A DNA stretch of 64,000 nt from contig CAYIIH010000006.1 in the NCBI GenBank assembly GCA_964363225.1, positions 3,345-67,344 of the forward strand, in the 5' to 3' direction. Source of the DNA: an uncultured Verrucomicrobiota bacterium (GTDB taxonomy: Bacteria; Verrucomicrobiota; Verrucomicrobiia; Limisphaerales; CAYIIH01). Position numbers and translations under genes: made by a program. Below, piece after piece: positions 27,334 to 37,461 of the stretch; within the stretch, counting starts at the first letter, position 1, and each line of letters begins with the position of its first letter. The notes under the pieces are model-generated. The model searched no databases. It was not told where the DNA came from and saw only the letters and a program-made list of their open reading frames with translations.

Positions 27334-28699
27334 ACCGATGCTCCTCATTGTGGACGACGAGAAGACGCAAAGGGAGGGTTTGCGAGCGGCGCTGGAGGAA
27401 CGCTTTGATGTTTATCTGGCCGACTCCGCCGACACGGCGATAGAGCTTTTGGAGCAGGAGAGTTTTGCCGTGTTGCTCAGCGATTTTCGGCTGCCGCGTG
27501 CAGATGGCTTGAAGTTAATCGCCCGTGCCAAGACGCTGGCCAAACCGCCCATCTGCATACTGATGACGGCTTATGGTTCCGAGGAATTGGCGGTGGAAGC
27601 CATGAAGCAGGGAGCGGACGACTACATTGCCAAGGGCAAGATGCAGATCGATGAACTGGAGTTGCGCATTGACCGGGCCCTTCGCCACCAATCTCTCGAA
27701 ACCGAAAATGAGTCTTTAAAGCTGCAACTGAACAAGAAGTTCGGATTGGAAAATGTCATTGGCGAATCGCCGCCGATGCAGGAAGTCCTGGAAAAAGTCC
27801 GGCAGATCGCCCCGAGCCGGGCGACCATCCTGCTCCAGGGCGAAAGCGGCACCGGGAAGGAGTTGATCGCCAAAGCCATTCATCAGTTCAGTCCGCGTGC
27901 GCGCCAGCCGCTGGTGGCGGTGCATTGCGCCGGCCTGCCTCCTGCCTTGCTGGAAAGCGAATTGTTCGGGCATGAGAAAGGGGCCTTCACCGGCGCGCAC
28001 GAACGCCGGATCGGGCGGGTGGAACTGGCCCAGGGGGGCACTTTGTTCCTGGATGAAATCGGTGAAATCGATGCCACCATTCAGGTGAAATTGCTGCGGT
28101 TCCTCGGCGAACGGACCTTTGAACGGGTCGGCTCGAACAAGACCTTGACGGCAGACGTGCGCCTGGTTGTGGCCACCAACCGGAATCTCCAGGAGATGGT
28201 CAAGGCCGGCACGTTTCGCGAAGACCTCTTTTTCCGGCTCAACGTCGTGCCGTTGCACTTGCCGCCCTTGCGGGATCGGCGGGAGGATGTGCCCCTGCTG
28301 GCCCGGAGTTTCTTGAAGGAATTTGCCCAGGAGAATAACAAACGGGTGAACGAATTTGAACCGGAAGCGCTCGAAGCATTGATCAATTACGCTTGGCCGG
28401 GCAATGTGCGGGAGTTGCGCTCCGCCGTTGAACATGCGGTGGTGCTGGCCAAGACGGAATCCATCGGCTTCCGGGAATTGCCCGCCGGCCTGCGGAGCGC
28501 CGGAAACGCCGCTGTTGATTCCGACAGCCGGCCGTGGCTGGCGCAGAACAATTTGACCGTGCAGGAAGCAGAGAAACAATTGATTGTCCGCGCGCTCAAA
28601 GAAGCCAAAGGCAATCGCACTCTGGCCGCCAAGCGAATTGGCATGAGCCGGCGCACGCTGCATCGCAAGTTACACACCTATCAATTGGAAGGGCTCTAA
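27326..28699 (+). CDS. Sigma-54-dependent response regulator (NtrC family)
   Basis: 457 aa from ATG 27326, with an 8-nt overlap onto the kinase gene. It has a receiver (LLIVDDE), AAA+ motifs ([14 protein letters not shown]) and a Fis HTH ([16 protein letters not shown]). Confidence 0.92.
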   Translation: MIKPMLLIVDDEKTQREGLRAALEERFDVYLADSADTAIELLEQESFAVLLSDFRLPRADGLKLIARAKTLAKPPICILMTAYGSEELAVEAMKQGADDYIAKGKMQIDELELRIDRALRHQSLETENESLKLQLNKKFGLENVIGESPPMQEVLEKVRQIAPSRATILLQGESGTGKELIAKAIHQFSPRARQPLVAVHCAGLPPALLESELFGHEKGAFTGAHERRIGRVELAQGGTLFLDEIGEIDATIQVKLLRFLGERTFERVGSNKTLTADVRLVVATNRNLQEMVKAGTFREDLFFRLNVVPLHLPPLRDRREDVPLLARSFLKEFAQENNKRVNEFEPEALEALINYAWPGNVRELRSAVEHAVVLAKTESIGFRELPAGLRSAGNAAVDSDSRPWLAQNNLTVQEAEKQLIVRALKEAKGNRTLAAKRIGMSRRTLHRKLHTYQLEGL

Positions 28700-28702
28700 A
28701 TT

Positions 28703-30505
28703 ATGTCAACCTTGCCGACAGGATTGCAGGATTGGATTTATAAACTGGAGGAAGGAGAATGGGTCCGCCATCTCAAACTGGCCTTGGTTTTCCTGGCCCT
28801 GGCGGCCTTGACCTTTTGGTACGATCTGCGCGAATTCAAGAATTTCTCCACGCCGGAAGCCATGGACACGGCGCAATTGGCCCGAAACCTGTCGGAAGGC
28901 AAAGGTTACACCACCCGATTTATTCGTCCCTTGAGCATGGCCCTGCTCCAACAAAAGCGTAGCGGCGGAGAACCGATTCTGAAGGAGGAACATCCCGATC
29001 TGGCCAATCCGCCGGTCTATCCTCTGTTGCTGGCTGGATTAATGAAATCGCTGCCGTTCCGTTATGAGATGTCCGGCGGAACCACGTTTAAGCGCTATCA
29101 GCCGGAACTGTTGATTGCTCTGTTTAACCAGGCGCTGTTTTTTGTGGTGATTTACGTGGTTTTTCAGTTGGCCAAACGGCTGTTCGACGCGCCCGTCGCC
29201 TGGCTTTCGGCGGTGGTCGTGGCCGGAACGAATCTGCTCTGGCGCTTTACCGTCTCGGGACTTTCCACGCTGCTGCTGATCACGCTCTTCCTCGGCATCG
29301 TTTGGTGTCTGGTGAAAATGGAACAAAGCGCGCGCGAGGAAAAGCATGGGAATATCTGGATGATCCTGATGGCCGTAGCTACTGGGCTCCTGGTTGCGTT
29401 GGGGGGATTGACTCGCTATTCTTTCGCATGGCTTATTTTGCCGGTTGTGGCGTTTTTCGCGCTTTATTTCGGCCAGAGAAGAGCCACGCTTTGTCTTTCG
29501 GCGTTGGCTGCGTTCTTAGTGGTGATGGGGCCGTGGCTGATGCGCAATTACCACGTGGGCGGGACGTTGTTCGGCACAGCCGGTTACGCGATCTACCAGG
29601 AAACGAGTTCCTATCCGGGCAATCGATTGGAGCGTTCAATGCCAGCCAATCTTGAACAGGAATTGAAAAACCCCGGTCTCAATCAGTACGTGCGCAAGTT
29701 CCTGATCCAAATGTCTGAAATCGTTGAAAACGACTTGCCAAAGCTGGGCGGGAGTTGGGTCTCGGCCTTTTTTCTGGTGGGATTGTTGGTCCCGTTCAGA
29801 AGTCCGGCGCTGGCGCGGTTGCGCGTGTTTCTGCTGTCATGTTTGCTCGTGCTGGTGATCGCGCAGGCCCTGGGACGAACCCATTTGAGCGTGGAATCTC
29901 CGGAGGTGAACTCCGAGAATCTTCTCGTCCTGCTGGTCCCGCTGGTCTTCATGTTTGGAGTGGCGATGTATTTTGTCTTTTTGGATCAACTGGCGGTGCC
30001 CTTGCCGCAATTGCGCACGATGGCAAACGGGCTGTTTGTGCTCGTGGCCTGCGCGCCTTTGGCCTTCACCCTTCTGCCGCCACGGTCTTCGCCGTTTGCG
30101 TATCCGCCCTATTATCCGCCGTTAATTCAAGAGGCGGCCAAGTGGATGCAGGAGAACGAATTAATGATGAGCGACATGCCCTGGGCCGTCGCCTGGTACG
30201 GCCATCGGCGATGCGTTTGGGTGACGCTCGACGCGGGGGCCAACCCGCGCAAAAGCGACTTCTTCGCCATCAACGATTTCCAAAACCCCATTCAAGGCCT
30301 TTACCTGACCCAGTTGACCATGAATGCGCAATTTCTTTCCCAAATGCTCAAAGGCCAGGAATGGGCTTGGGGAAGATTTGTCCTGGAAAGCTTGTTGCGG
30401 ACCAATGTGCCGACGGGTTTTCCTTTGAAAGAAGCCCCTTCAGGCTTTCTGCCCGATCAATTGTTCTTAAGTGACCGCGTGCGCTGGAAGGGTCAGCCCA
30501 AATAA
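28703..30505 (+). CDS. Large polytopic membrane protein, GT-C/ArnT-PMT-like glycosyltransferase fold (putative)
   Basis: 600 aa with more than 10 TM segments. The first loop EAMDTAQLARNLSEGKGYTT resembles the acidic first periplasmic loop of GT39/GT83 enzymes. It starts 4 nt after the regulator stop. Confidence 0.6.
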   Translation: MSTLPTGLQDWIYKLEEGEWVRHLKLALVFLALAALTFWYDLREFKNFSTPEAMDTAQLARNLSEGKGYTTRFIRPLSMALLQQKRSGGEPILKEEHPDLANPPVYPLLLAGLMKSLPFRYEMSGGTTFKRYQPELLIALFNQALFFVVIYVVFQLAKRLFDAPVAWLSAVVVAGTNLLWRFTVSGLSTLLLITLFLGIVWCLVKMEQSAREEKHGNIWMILMAVATGLLVALGGLTRYSFAWLILPVVAFFALYFGQRRATLCLSALAAFLVVMGPWLMRNYHVGGTLFGTAGYAIYQETSSYPGNRLERSMPANLEQELKNPGLNQYVRKFLIQMSEIVENDLPKLGGSWVSAFFLVGLLVPFRSPALARLRVFLLSCLLVLVIAQALGRTHLSVESPEVNSENLLVLLVPLVFMFGVAMYFVFLDQLAVPLPQLRTMANGLFVLVACAPLAFTLLPPRSSPFAYPPYYPPLIQEAAKWMQENELMMSDMPWAVAWYGHRRCVWVTLDAGANPRKSDFFAINDFQNPIQGLYLTQLTMNAQFLSQMLKGQEWAWGRFVLESLLRTNVPTGFPLKEAPSGFLPDQLFLSDRVRWKGQPK

Positions 30506-30542
30506 GGTCTTGATTTCATGGGTTGACCTGAGATTTTATTGT

Positions 30543-30571
30543 TTGACAAGCTTGGTGCTTAAACGTAAAAA
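30543..30571 (+). promoter_or_regulatory. Candidate sigma70-type promoter
   Basis: TTGACA, 17 nt, TAAAAA, about 60 nt upstream of the ATG at 30633. This is based on pattern only. Confidence 0.25.
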
Positions 30572-30632
30572 GAGTCCACTTTTCAAAGAAAGACACTGGG
30601 GCGGAGATTTGTTGAAAACAGGAAAATAGCGT

Positions 30633-31889
30633 ATGAAAAAGATTATCACGTCTGTCAGTTTGGTTGCGTTGGGTGCTGCAAGTGTGCAGGCCGCCTATGC
30701 GCCCGGATTATCGTCGGCGGAAAGGCAGAAGCCTTGGAGTGTCAGTGCCACCTTGCGCGGCTTCTATGATGACAACTACGTGACCTTGTGGCGGGATAAG
30801 AAGCGCGAGAGCTTCGGATTCGAGGTCAGTCCTTCCTTTGCCCTCAATCTGACGCGAGACCAGACGTACGTCGGATTAAACTACACGTATGGGATGAAAT
30901 TCTTTGAGGACCGCTCGAAAAGTCGCGCGGACCACAGTCATCAAGCCAATGCCAAGCTCAGTCATGCTTTCACGCCCAGGTACAAGCTGGACGTCAGTGA
31001 CTCCTTCGTTGTCGCCCAGGAACCCGAGATTCTGGCCCCGCCAGGCATGGCTACCGTGACTGCGGGCAGCCCGCTTCGCACCGACGGCAATAATATTCGC
31101 AATTCAGCGAAGGTTACCCTCGGTGCTTGGTTGATGCCCGATGACCTGCAAGCCGTGGCTGAATACTCCAACAATATGTTCGATTTCGAACAAACCGGGA
31201 AGCAAAGCAAGTCCGCGTTCCTGGACCGTGTCGAGCATCAGTTCTCCCTGAACATGCGCTGGACGCTCGTGCCGGAGACCGTTGGTGTCTTGGGATATCA
31301 GTACGGAATCATTGATTACACCAGCAAAGACGAGTTGGCCAACAAGCATACTCCGGATGAACGTGATAACACTTCGCATTACGTATTTGTCGGAGCGGAT
31401 CATCAGTTCACCAAACAATTGAACGCCTTGGCTCGAGTCGGGTTGCAGTACACCGAGTACGATACGGTAAACAAGAGCAGCGTTAATCCCTATGCCGAAG
31501 GGAATATTACCTGGACGTACAACCCTGGCAGCTCCATTAACTTGGGCCTGCGTCATTCCAGGAGTCAAACCGATGTGGCCGATTCCATCGGGACCGGCAC
31601 GCCGACGCTGGACGCCGAGACCACGGCGGCGTTTGTCTCGCTCAATCATAAGATTGCCAGCAAGCTCAATGGCAGCATCTTGGGCCAATTCTCGCAGTCC
31701 GCCTTCGAACTGGGCAAAGCAGATAACCTGGCTGAGAATATGTTGCTCGTCGGCGTGAATTTGTCCTACGAGATTAACAAGTTTCTTTCTGCCGAAGCGG
31801 GATATAATTTTGACCGGCTGGATTCCGATCTTGACCAACGCAGTTTTACCCGCAACCGCGTGTACGTCGGGATTCGTGGCAGTTACTGA
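30633..31889 (+). CDS. Outer-membrane beta-barrel protein associated with polysaccharide export loci
   Basis: 418 aa with signal peptide ...GAASVQA. Amphipathic strands alternate throughout. The C-terminus YVGIRGSY has an aromatic terminal residue typical of BAM substrates. Confidence 0.75.
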   Translation: MKKIITSVSLVALGAASVQAAYAPGLSSAERQKPWSVSATLRGFYDDNYVTLWRDKKRESFGFEVSPSFALNLTRDQTYVGLNYTYGMKFFEDRSKSRADHSHQANAKLSHAFTPRYKLDVSDSFVVAQEPEILAPPGMATVTAGSPLRTDGNNIRNSAKVTLGAWLMPDDLQAVAEYSNNMFDFEQTGKQSKSAFLDRVEHQFSLNMRWTLVPETVGVLGYQYGIIDYTSKDELANKHTPDERDNTSHYVFVGADHQFTKQLNALARVGLQYTEYDTVNKSSVNPYAEGNITWTYNPGSSINLGLRHSRSQTDVADSIGTGTPTLDAETTAAFVSLNHKIASKLNGSILGQFSQSAFELGKADNLAENMLLVGVNLSYEINKFLSAEAGYNFDRLDSDLDQRSFTRNRVYVGIRGSY

Positions 31890-31913
31890 AATCAAACGTT
31901 TTAAGCAAAGTCG

Positions 31914-31948
31914 GGAGGCTGGAACATAAAGTCTAGCCTCCTTTTTTA
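31914..31948 (+). terminator. Rho-independent terminator
   Basis: The stem is ggaggct / agcctcc, followed by tttttta. Confidence 0.65.
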
Positions 31949-31954
31949 TTCATT

Positions 31955-34126
31955 ATGGACGCTCCCAAGACAACCCCTGCGCCTGAATCAAAGCTTCACT
32001 TTCTTGACTATTGGCGTATTATTCGCATTCGCAAAACGGTCATCCTCGCCGTATTCCTGCTCGTCGTTTTGACCACCACCGCGGTCACCTTCATTCTGCC
32101 GGAGTCTTATTGCAGCACGGTTCGGATTGAGGTGGGAAAAGATAACCCGGACATTGCTCCTCTCCTGCTCAATTTGCCCCAGCAACAGACTTTCGACCCT
32201 TATTTCATCCAAACGGAATTCGAGAAAATCCGCTCCACCAGGGTTCTCCACGCTGTGATCAAGGATTTGAGTTTAAACAAAGCTTGGGCCAAGCGTTACG
32301 GAACCGAGGAAGACCTCAAGACCTCCGAGACTTACCAAATGCTTTTGAAACAGATTGACCTGCGTCAGTCTCGCAACACCAGTCTGATTGAAATCCGAGC
32401 CTATAGTGAGGACAAGAAGGAGGCTGCCGAAATCGCCAACAAAATCGCCGAGGTCTATCAAGAAAGCCGGCTGGAACAGAAACGGAAAATGTCCAGGGAA
32501 GGCATTAAGGTCCTCCAAGCGGAAATGGACGAACAAACTAAGAAGGTGGAGGCCGTGCAAAGGGAAGTGGACAAGCTCCGGAATCAATACAAAATCTCCG
32601 ATGTCGGTGAAGGCGCCTTTATGACCACCCTTGAACCCGAAACCGTCCGAAACATCGAGCGCGACCGGATTGCTGCAGAGGGAAACCACGTGCAGTTTGA
32701 CACGCTCCTGAAAGAGCTGAAAAAGAAATCTCGCCAGGAATTGAGGCATACCATTCCCACGGCTTTTAAAGACGAGCATTTGGATCGCCATCTCTCTGAA
32801 CTCGCCACGGCCGAGCAGAGGTACGCCATGCTCATCAAGGATTATTCGGAAGATCATCCCGACGTGGAACGAGTTGTCTCTCTGATTGCCACGTTAAACA
32901 AGCAGATTGAAACCCGCTTGGATGGAGTCTTGGACGGTCTGGAGGTGACGGTCGCTACCCGGAAAGAAGTGGCTGAAGACTTGGCTAAGAAACTCACGGA
33001 TGCCAAAGCCGCCGATGCTGAGAACATGAAGAATTATCGTCCTTACTTTGTCGCCAAGCGCGACCTGGAAACTCAGCAGAGAATCCGGGACAGCATCATC
33101 TTGCGCATTTTGCAGGAAACGGTGGATGAAAAACTTCCTAAAACCACCCTGGTGACCGTGATCGATGCAGCCGAAGAGGCCATGCGTCCGGTCCGGCCCA
33201 ATATTCCGTTGAATCTCTCCTTGGGCGTTATTGTCGGGCTGATCATGGGATTTGGCCTAGCCTTCTTCATCGAGTATTTGGATACGAGCGTAAAGACCAT
33301 TGACGATGTGGAACGGAGCTTGCAAGCGCCCGTCCTGGGTGTCATCCCGCAGAACGTGGGTTCTCTGATTGATGAGGGTCCCGACAGCCCGCATGCCGAG
33401 GCCTATCGGGTGCTCCGCACCAATGTCATGTTCTCCCGCAAAGACACGAATTTGAACTCACTTACGGTGGTGAGTGGCGGAGCCGGTGAAGGCAAGTCCA
33501 CGACCATCTTCAATCTGTCAGTGGTGTTTGCCCAGAACGGCCATCGCGTTTTGCTGGTGGACTCGGACTTGCGCCGCCCCAGCTTGCATAAAATGCTGAA
33601 TGTTTCCAATTCCGTCGGACTGACTAATTACTTGTTGAGACAGAACTCCTTGGAGGAGGTTATCCAAACCACCAGCATCCCCACGCTGCATTTCATGCCG
33701 AGTGGCAAGCTGCCGAGCAGTTCACTGGGTGTTTTGAATTCGGCGCAAATGCGCGAGTTCATCCAAACCGCCAAGGCGCGCTACGACTTTGTCTTCTTTG
33801 ATTCTCCACCGATCATGGGAGTGAGCGATGCTTCCATTTTGGCGAGCGAAGTGGATATGTCTTTGCTGGTCATCCAGTACCGCAAATATCCGCAGGTCAT
33901 GACCGTCCGGGCCAAGCAAATGGTGGAGAAGGTGGGCGGCCTGCTCCTGGGCGTGGTCCTGAACAATATCAACATTTCTCAGGACTCCTACTATTACTAC
34001 TACAGCGGCTACTACTACGATTATTACTCCAAACGGGATGAGGAGGACAAGACCGCCAAGAACAACGGCGAATCCAAAAAGCCGGCCGGAGACCGGGCCT
34101 CCGTCGATCTCAAACCAAAGTATTGA
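31955..34126 (+). CDS. Polysaccharide co-polymerase / tyrosine autokinase (Wzc/GumC/EpsG-like, PCP-2a)
   Basis: 723 aa. It has a Wzz-type N-terminus with 2 TM helices and a long coiled-coil periplasmic domain. The C-terminal BY-kinase has Walker A GGAGEGKST and a Tyr cluster YYYYYSGYYYDYYS. Confidence 0.9.
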   Translation: MDAPKTTPAPESKLHFLDYWRIIRIRKTVILAVFLLVVLTTTAVTFILPESYCSTVRIEVGKDNPDIAPLLLNLPQQQTFDPYFIQTEFEKIRSTRVLHAVIKDLSLNKAWAKRYGTEEDLKTSETYQMLLKQIDLRQSRNTSLIEIRAYSEDKKEAAEIANKIAEVYQESRLEQKRKMSREGIKVLQAEMDEQTKKVEAVQREVDKLRNQYKISDVGEGAFMTTLEPETVRNIERDRIAAEGNHVQFDTLLKELKKKSRQELRHTIPTAFKDEHLDRHLSELATAEQRYAMLIKDYSEDHPDVERVVSLIATLNKQIETRLDGVLDGLEVTVATRKEVAEDLAKKLTDAKAADAENMKNYRPYFVAKRDLETQQRIRDSIILRILQETVDEKLPKTTLVTVIDAAEEAMRPVRPNIPLNLSLGVIVGLIMGFGLAFFIEYLDTSVKTIDDVERSLQAPVLGVIPQNVGSLIDEGPDSPHAEAYRVLRTNVMFSRKDTNLNSLTVVSGGAGEGKSTTIFNLSVVFAQNGHRVLLVDSDLRRPSLHKMLNVSNSVGLTNYLLRQNSLEEVIQTTSIPTLHFMPSGKLPSSSLGVLNSAQMREFIQTAKARYDFVFFDSPPIMGVSDASILASEVDMSLLVIQYRKYPQVMTVRAKQMVEKVGGLLLGVVLNNINISQDSYYYYYSGYYYDYYSKRDEEDKTAKNNGESKKPAGDRASVDLKPKY

Positions 34127-34160
34127 TTGTTTACGCTGCCGCTCTTAAGTATTTAATGAC

Positions 34161-34838
34161 ATGAATTTAACGCGGAACATCCTCAAATTCTGGCCTGTTT
34201 GGAGCGCTTTGCTCTTGATCAGCCTTGCTGTCTCCGGTTGTGGGACTTTCGAATCAGCGCATCCTTCTTCCGGTGAAACAAATGATCCGGCTGCTTTGAC
34301 CGGCAGCCAGACTCTCTCACCGGTCGTTGCCAGTCCGGCTTCGACCAATAGAATGGGGCCGGACCTTCTCCAGCCCGGTATCAAGTTGACGATCGAATTC
34401 CTGGACCTGCCCAATCCGATTCAACCGTTGGTCCAAACCATTCACGAGGATGGCACGATCACGTTGCCCTTCAGCCAGGAAGTAATGGCCGCCGGGAAAA
34501 ACAAAGGACAACTGGAGGATGAAATCCGGGCTCTTTACGTCCCGAAATATTACCGGCGTCTGACCGTCAATATCAAGACCGAGGACCGCTTCTTTTATGT
34601 CGGTGGTGAAGTCAAAGCCCCGGGCCGCCAGCTTTACATCGGCGAGATGACGGTGCTGAAAGCCATCCAATCTGCCAGTGATTTCACCGATTTCGCCAAG
34701 AAAAAAAAGGTCCAACTGACCCGATCCAATGCCAGGAAGAAAGAGACCATAAATTGCGAAAAAGCCCGACAAGACCCCAAATTGGATCTCCCAATCTATC
34801 CAGGCGACAACATCTACGTGCCTCGTCGATTCTGGTAA
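34161..34838 (+). CDS. Polysaccharide export protein (Wza/OPX family, short form)
   Basis: 225 aa with the lipoprotein signal LLISLAVSGC. It has a Poly_export motif (PGIKLTIEF...DGTITLPF) and an SLBB-type C-terminus (GDNIYVPRRF). Confidence 0.87.
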   Translation: MNLTRNILKFWPVWSALLLISLAVSGCGTFESAHPSSGETNDPAALTGSQTLSPVVASPASTNRMGPDLLQPGIKLTIEFLDLPNPIQPLVQTIHEDGTITLPFSQEVMAAGKNKGQLEDEIRALYVPKYYRRLTVNIKTEDRFFYVGGEVKAPGRQLYIGEMTVLKAIQSASDFTDFAKKKKVQLTRSNARKKETINCEKARQDPKLDLPIYPGDNIYVPRRFW

Positions 34839-35231
34839 ATGGTTCAACTCCGGATTCTCCAGGGGAAGCAAGCGGGCTTCAGCAAATTGATCCGGGGCTT
34901 TCCTTGCCAGGTGGGCCGTGCTCCTGACGCGGACTTTCGGCTGGAGGACGATGGCGTCTGGAACCAACACCTGGAACTGAATCTGGATGGGACTGAAGGA
35001 TTTACCCTCACGCGCTTGCCAGAGGCTTTAGCCTCTGTCAACGGACAAAGCTTTCAGAAGATCCTGCTCCGTAACGGCGACCTGATCGAGATCGGCCTGC
35101 TCAGAATTCAGTTCTGGTTGAGCGATTGCCAGCAGATCAACCTGGGGCCTCGGGAATTATTCACCTGGCTCTTTTTGGCCACGACAGCCGTCCTCCAAGT
35201 CGGATTGGTTTTTTGGCTCATGCCGGAGTGA
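34839..35231 (+). CDS. FHA-domain protein with C-terminal TM anchor
   Basis: 130 aa. The ATG immediately follows the wza stop. FHA signature: VGRAPDADFRLEDDGVWNQHLEL...SVNGQ...LRNGDLIEIG. A hydrophobic helix WLFLATTAVLQVGLVFWLM forms the C-terminus. Confidence 0.8.
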   Translation: MVQLRILQGKQAGFSKLIRGFPCQVGRAPDADFRLEDDGVWNQHLELNLDGTEGFTLTRLPEALASVNGQSFQKILLRNGDLIEIGLLRIQFWLSDCQQINLGPRELFTWLFLATTAVLQVGLVFWLMPE

Positions 35232-35257
35232 CATTGGGGCGGCACTGCCGGGCAACC

Positions 35258-36361
35258 TCAGCTTCGGGCGGTTATCACGGACGCAACGAGGCGACTGAAC
35301 TGCTGGCTCAGCACTGCATACGAACAGTGCCTTTCCGCCACGGCTTTAAGCGAATGCCGCGCCTCCAGCAGCGAGCGATTTGCACAAAGAGCGCGTAAAC
35401 GCTCAGCCAGCCGGTGCGGGTACTCGGCATCCACTTCACCGTGATACTCCACCAGCATGCAGTCGGGCAACAGCAGCTCCGCTTCCCCGACTCGGCTGGC
35501 CAAGACAAAGCGCTCCGCCGCCATGTATTCCGGCAATTTCCCGGTGGTCCGCACCTGGCCTGGCAGGTTGTTGGTTTGAGTGGAAAGGGCCACCTCCAAT
35601 ACTCGCAGATAAAGGGGAACATCCGGGTATGGAATTCGGCCGCAGAATGTAATCCGCTCCATGACTCCATACCGGCGCGCTTCCTTTTCCAGCCAGGAGC
35701 GGCCATCGCCATCGCCAATGATTAATCCATGAATCGGCAGTTCTTTCAACAGGCTGAGAGCTTGAATCAAATCCCAACCATAGCAGATGTTCAGGCGCGC
35801 GCTATAGACCAGCGACCCCATGACTCCAACGACAAATCTGTCGGCAAGGCCAAGCTTGGCGCGCAAGGTGGCGACATCGGCGGAGCTGATTTCGCCGGCC
35901 TGGCAAAAGCCGTCCCGAATGACCTCTACTCGCCGGTAGTTCCTGGATTGAAGATATTCGCGGTGACGTGTCCCACGCACGACGATCGTTTCCGCCCAAC
36001 GTTGATTGGCGACTTCCAACCATTTCAGAAAAGGCCGCTTCCACCAGGCAGTCGTGCCGGCGCTCCTGGCCATTTCAAAATTCACATCGCCGGTGTCAAG
36101 GATGAAAGGCAATCGGTGAACTCTCCGCCACCATAAGGCCAGCCAAGCGCCGGGCAGCGCCAGGTTCAGGACGTAAAGCAGATCGGGAGAAAACTGTTTT
36201 ATCTGCCGGCGCCATTGTTGCGCGGCAGCCTGCCGGGTTGACTCCCGCATCAGCAAGAGCAGTTTGTCCGAAGGGTAAGCACGGCTCAGGCCGCGGGCGC
36301 GGTAGGCTTCAATGCTTCCCGGGCCGCCGTGAATCAGAATGGCCAGTCGAGGTTCATTCAT
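35258..36361 (-). CDS. GT-B fold glycosyltransferase (GT4-like)
   Basis: 367 aa. The C-terminal half has the GT1/GT4 pattern (GLIIGDGDG...CGRIPY...ALSTQ...GKLPEYMAAERFVLAS). An ATGA overlap links it to the upstream gene. Confidence 0.8.
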   Translation of the reverse strand: MNEPRLAILIHGGPGSIEAYRARGLSRAYPSDKLLLLMRESTRQAAAQQWRRQIKQFSPDLLYVLNLALPGAWLALWWRRVHRLPFILDTGDVNFEMARSAGTTAWWKRPFLKWLEVANQRWAETIVVRGTRHREYLQSRNYRRVEVIRDGFCQAGEISSADVATLRAKLGLADRFVVGVMGSLVYSARLNICYGWDLIQALSLLKELPIHGLIIGDGDGRSWLEKEARRYGVMERITFCGRIPYPDVPLYLRVLEVALSTQTNNLPGQVRTTGKLPEYMAAERFVLASRVGEAELLLPDCMLVEYHGEVDAEYPHRLAERLRALCANRSLLEARHSLKAVAERHCSYAVLSQQFSRLVASVITARS

Positions 36362-37461
36362 GTGCGGCTTCGATTCGCCAGGAGTTCCTCATAAATCTTG
36401 GCGGTCATGGCCGCGCACTTATCCCAACTGAACTGCAAAACTGTCGATCGCGCGGCGCGACCCAACTCGCACGCTTTTTCAGGCTTCGCCTGCAACCATT
36501 CGAGTTGCCGGCGCAAAGAGGCTGGCTGGCGTGGATCGCAGAGGAGACCGTTTTCTCCCGAAATAATCCATTCCGCCGCCCCAATGTCCTTTCCCACGAC
36601 TACGGGCAGTGCCGTAGCCATGGCTTCGGCCACCACCATCCCAAAGGCATCGTACGTCGATGGGTAAACGAAAAGGTCCGCAGCCCGATAGGCCGTTGAG
36701 GTGTCTGCTTCCGGTCCATGAAATCGCACACGTGAATCCACAACCAAATGCCGGGCCAATCGTTGAAAGGAATCGAGGTTTGCGTGTGAAATGACCAGCA
36801 AGACGGCCTTGGGAAAACAGGGAAGTTGCTCGATGACCAAGCTCAAGCCCTTGTCTGCCTCTCCAACAAACAGCCAAATCCATGAGTCTTCTGGCAACTG
36901 GAAATAGCCTCGCAGACGGCCTCGTTCCTCACCATTCTTGGCAGGACAAAACGAATCTGTATCCGTGCCGTGATAGACCACGGTCCTGGCTCTGGACCAC
37001 TGATAGTGAGTTGAGATTTCCTCGGCGACCTTATGAGAAATAGCAAGCAAATGCTGAGCCCGATCTTGGCGATAGAAACGCCGTTCCAAAGGCATTACTA
37101 CGAACGGGAAAAGCCGCTTTCGCCACTGCTCCGGTGGCGAATTCCGATAGCGGGCGGCGTTACAGATATGGGCTGTGATAACATCGGCCTGCCAGCAGGT
37201 CAGGCCTTGAGCATGAATGAGGTCATAATCCCGGCGGCGTAAGAGCCTTTCAGCGGCCCAGGAAAAGCTCAGGATGGTCGTCAGTGCCGTGCGGCGCCAA
37301 GCAGGCACCTTGCGAAAAGTCAGGTTCGGTTCGAAAATACCAAAACGGTTCGCGTAAACAGAGACATCGTATCGGGAGCCGAGCCGCCGCGCCAATTCTA
37401 TTGTGTACCGACCCTGACCGAACCGTGGGTCAAAGTCATGCACGACCAGCGCAATTTTCAT
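36358..37461 (-). CDS. Glycosyltransferase family 4
   Basis: 367 aa. It has MKIALVVHDF, the EX7E-type region FVYPSTYDAFGMVVAEAMATALPVV, and ATGA overlaps at both ends. Confidence 0.88.
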   Translation of the reverse strand: MKIALVVHDFDPRFGQGRYTIELARRLGSRYDVSVYANRFGIFEPNLTFRKVPAWRRTALTTILSFSWAAERLLRRRDYDLIHAQGLTCWQADVITAHICNAARYRNSPPEQWRKRLFPFVVMPLERRFYRQDRAQHLLAISHKVAEEISTHYQWSRARTVVYHGTDTDSFCPAKNGEERGRLRGYFQLPEDSWIWLFVGEADKGLSLVIEQLPCFPKAVLLVISHANLDSFQRLARHLVVDSRVRFHGPEADTSTAYRAADLFVYPSTYDAFGMVVAEAMATALPVVVGKDIGAAEWIISGENGLLCDPRQPASLRRQLEWLQAKPEKACELGRAARSTVLQFSWDKCAAMTAKIYEELLANRSRT

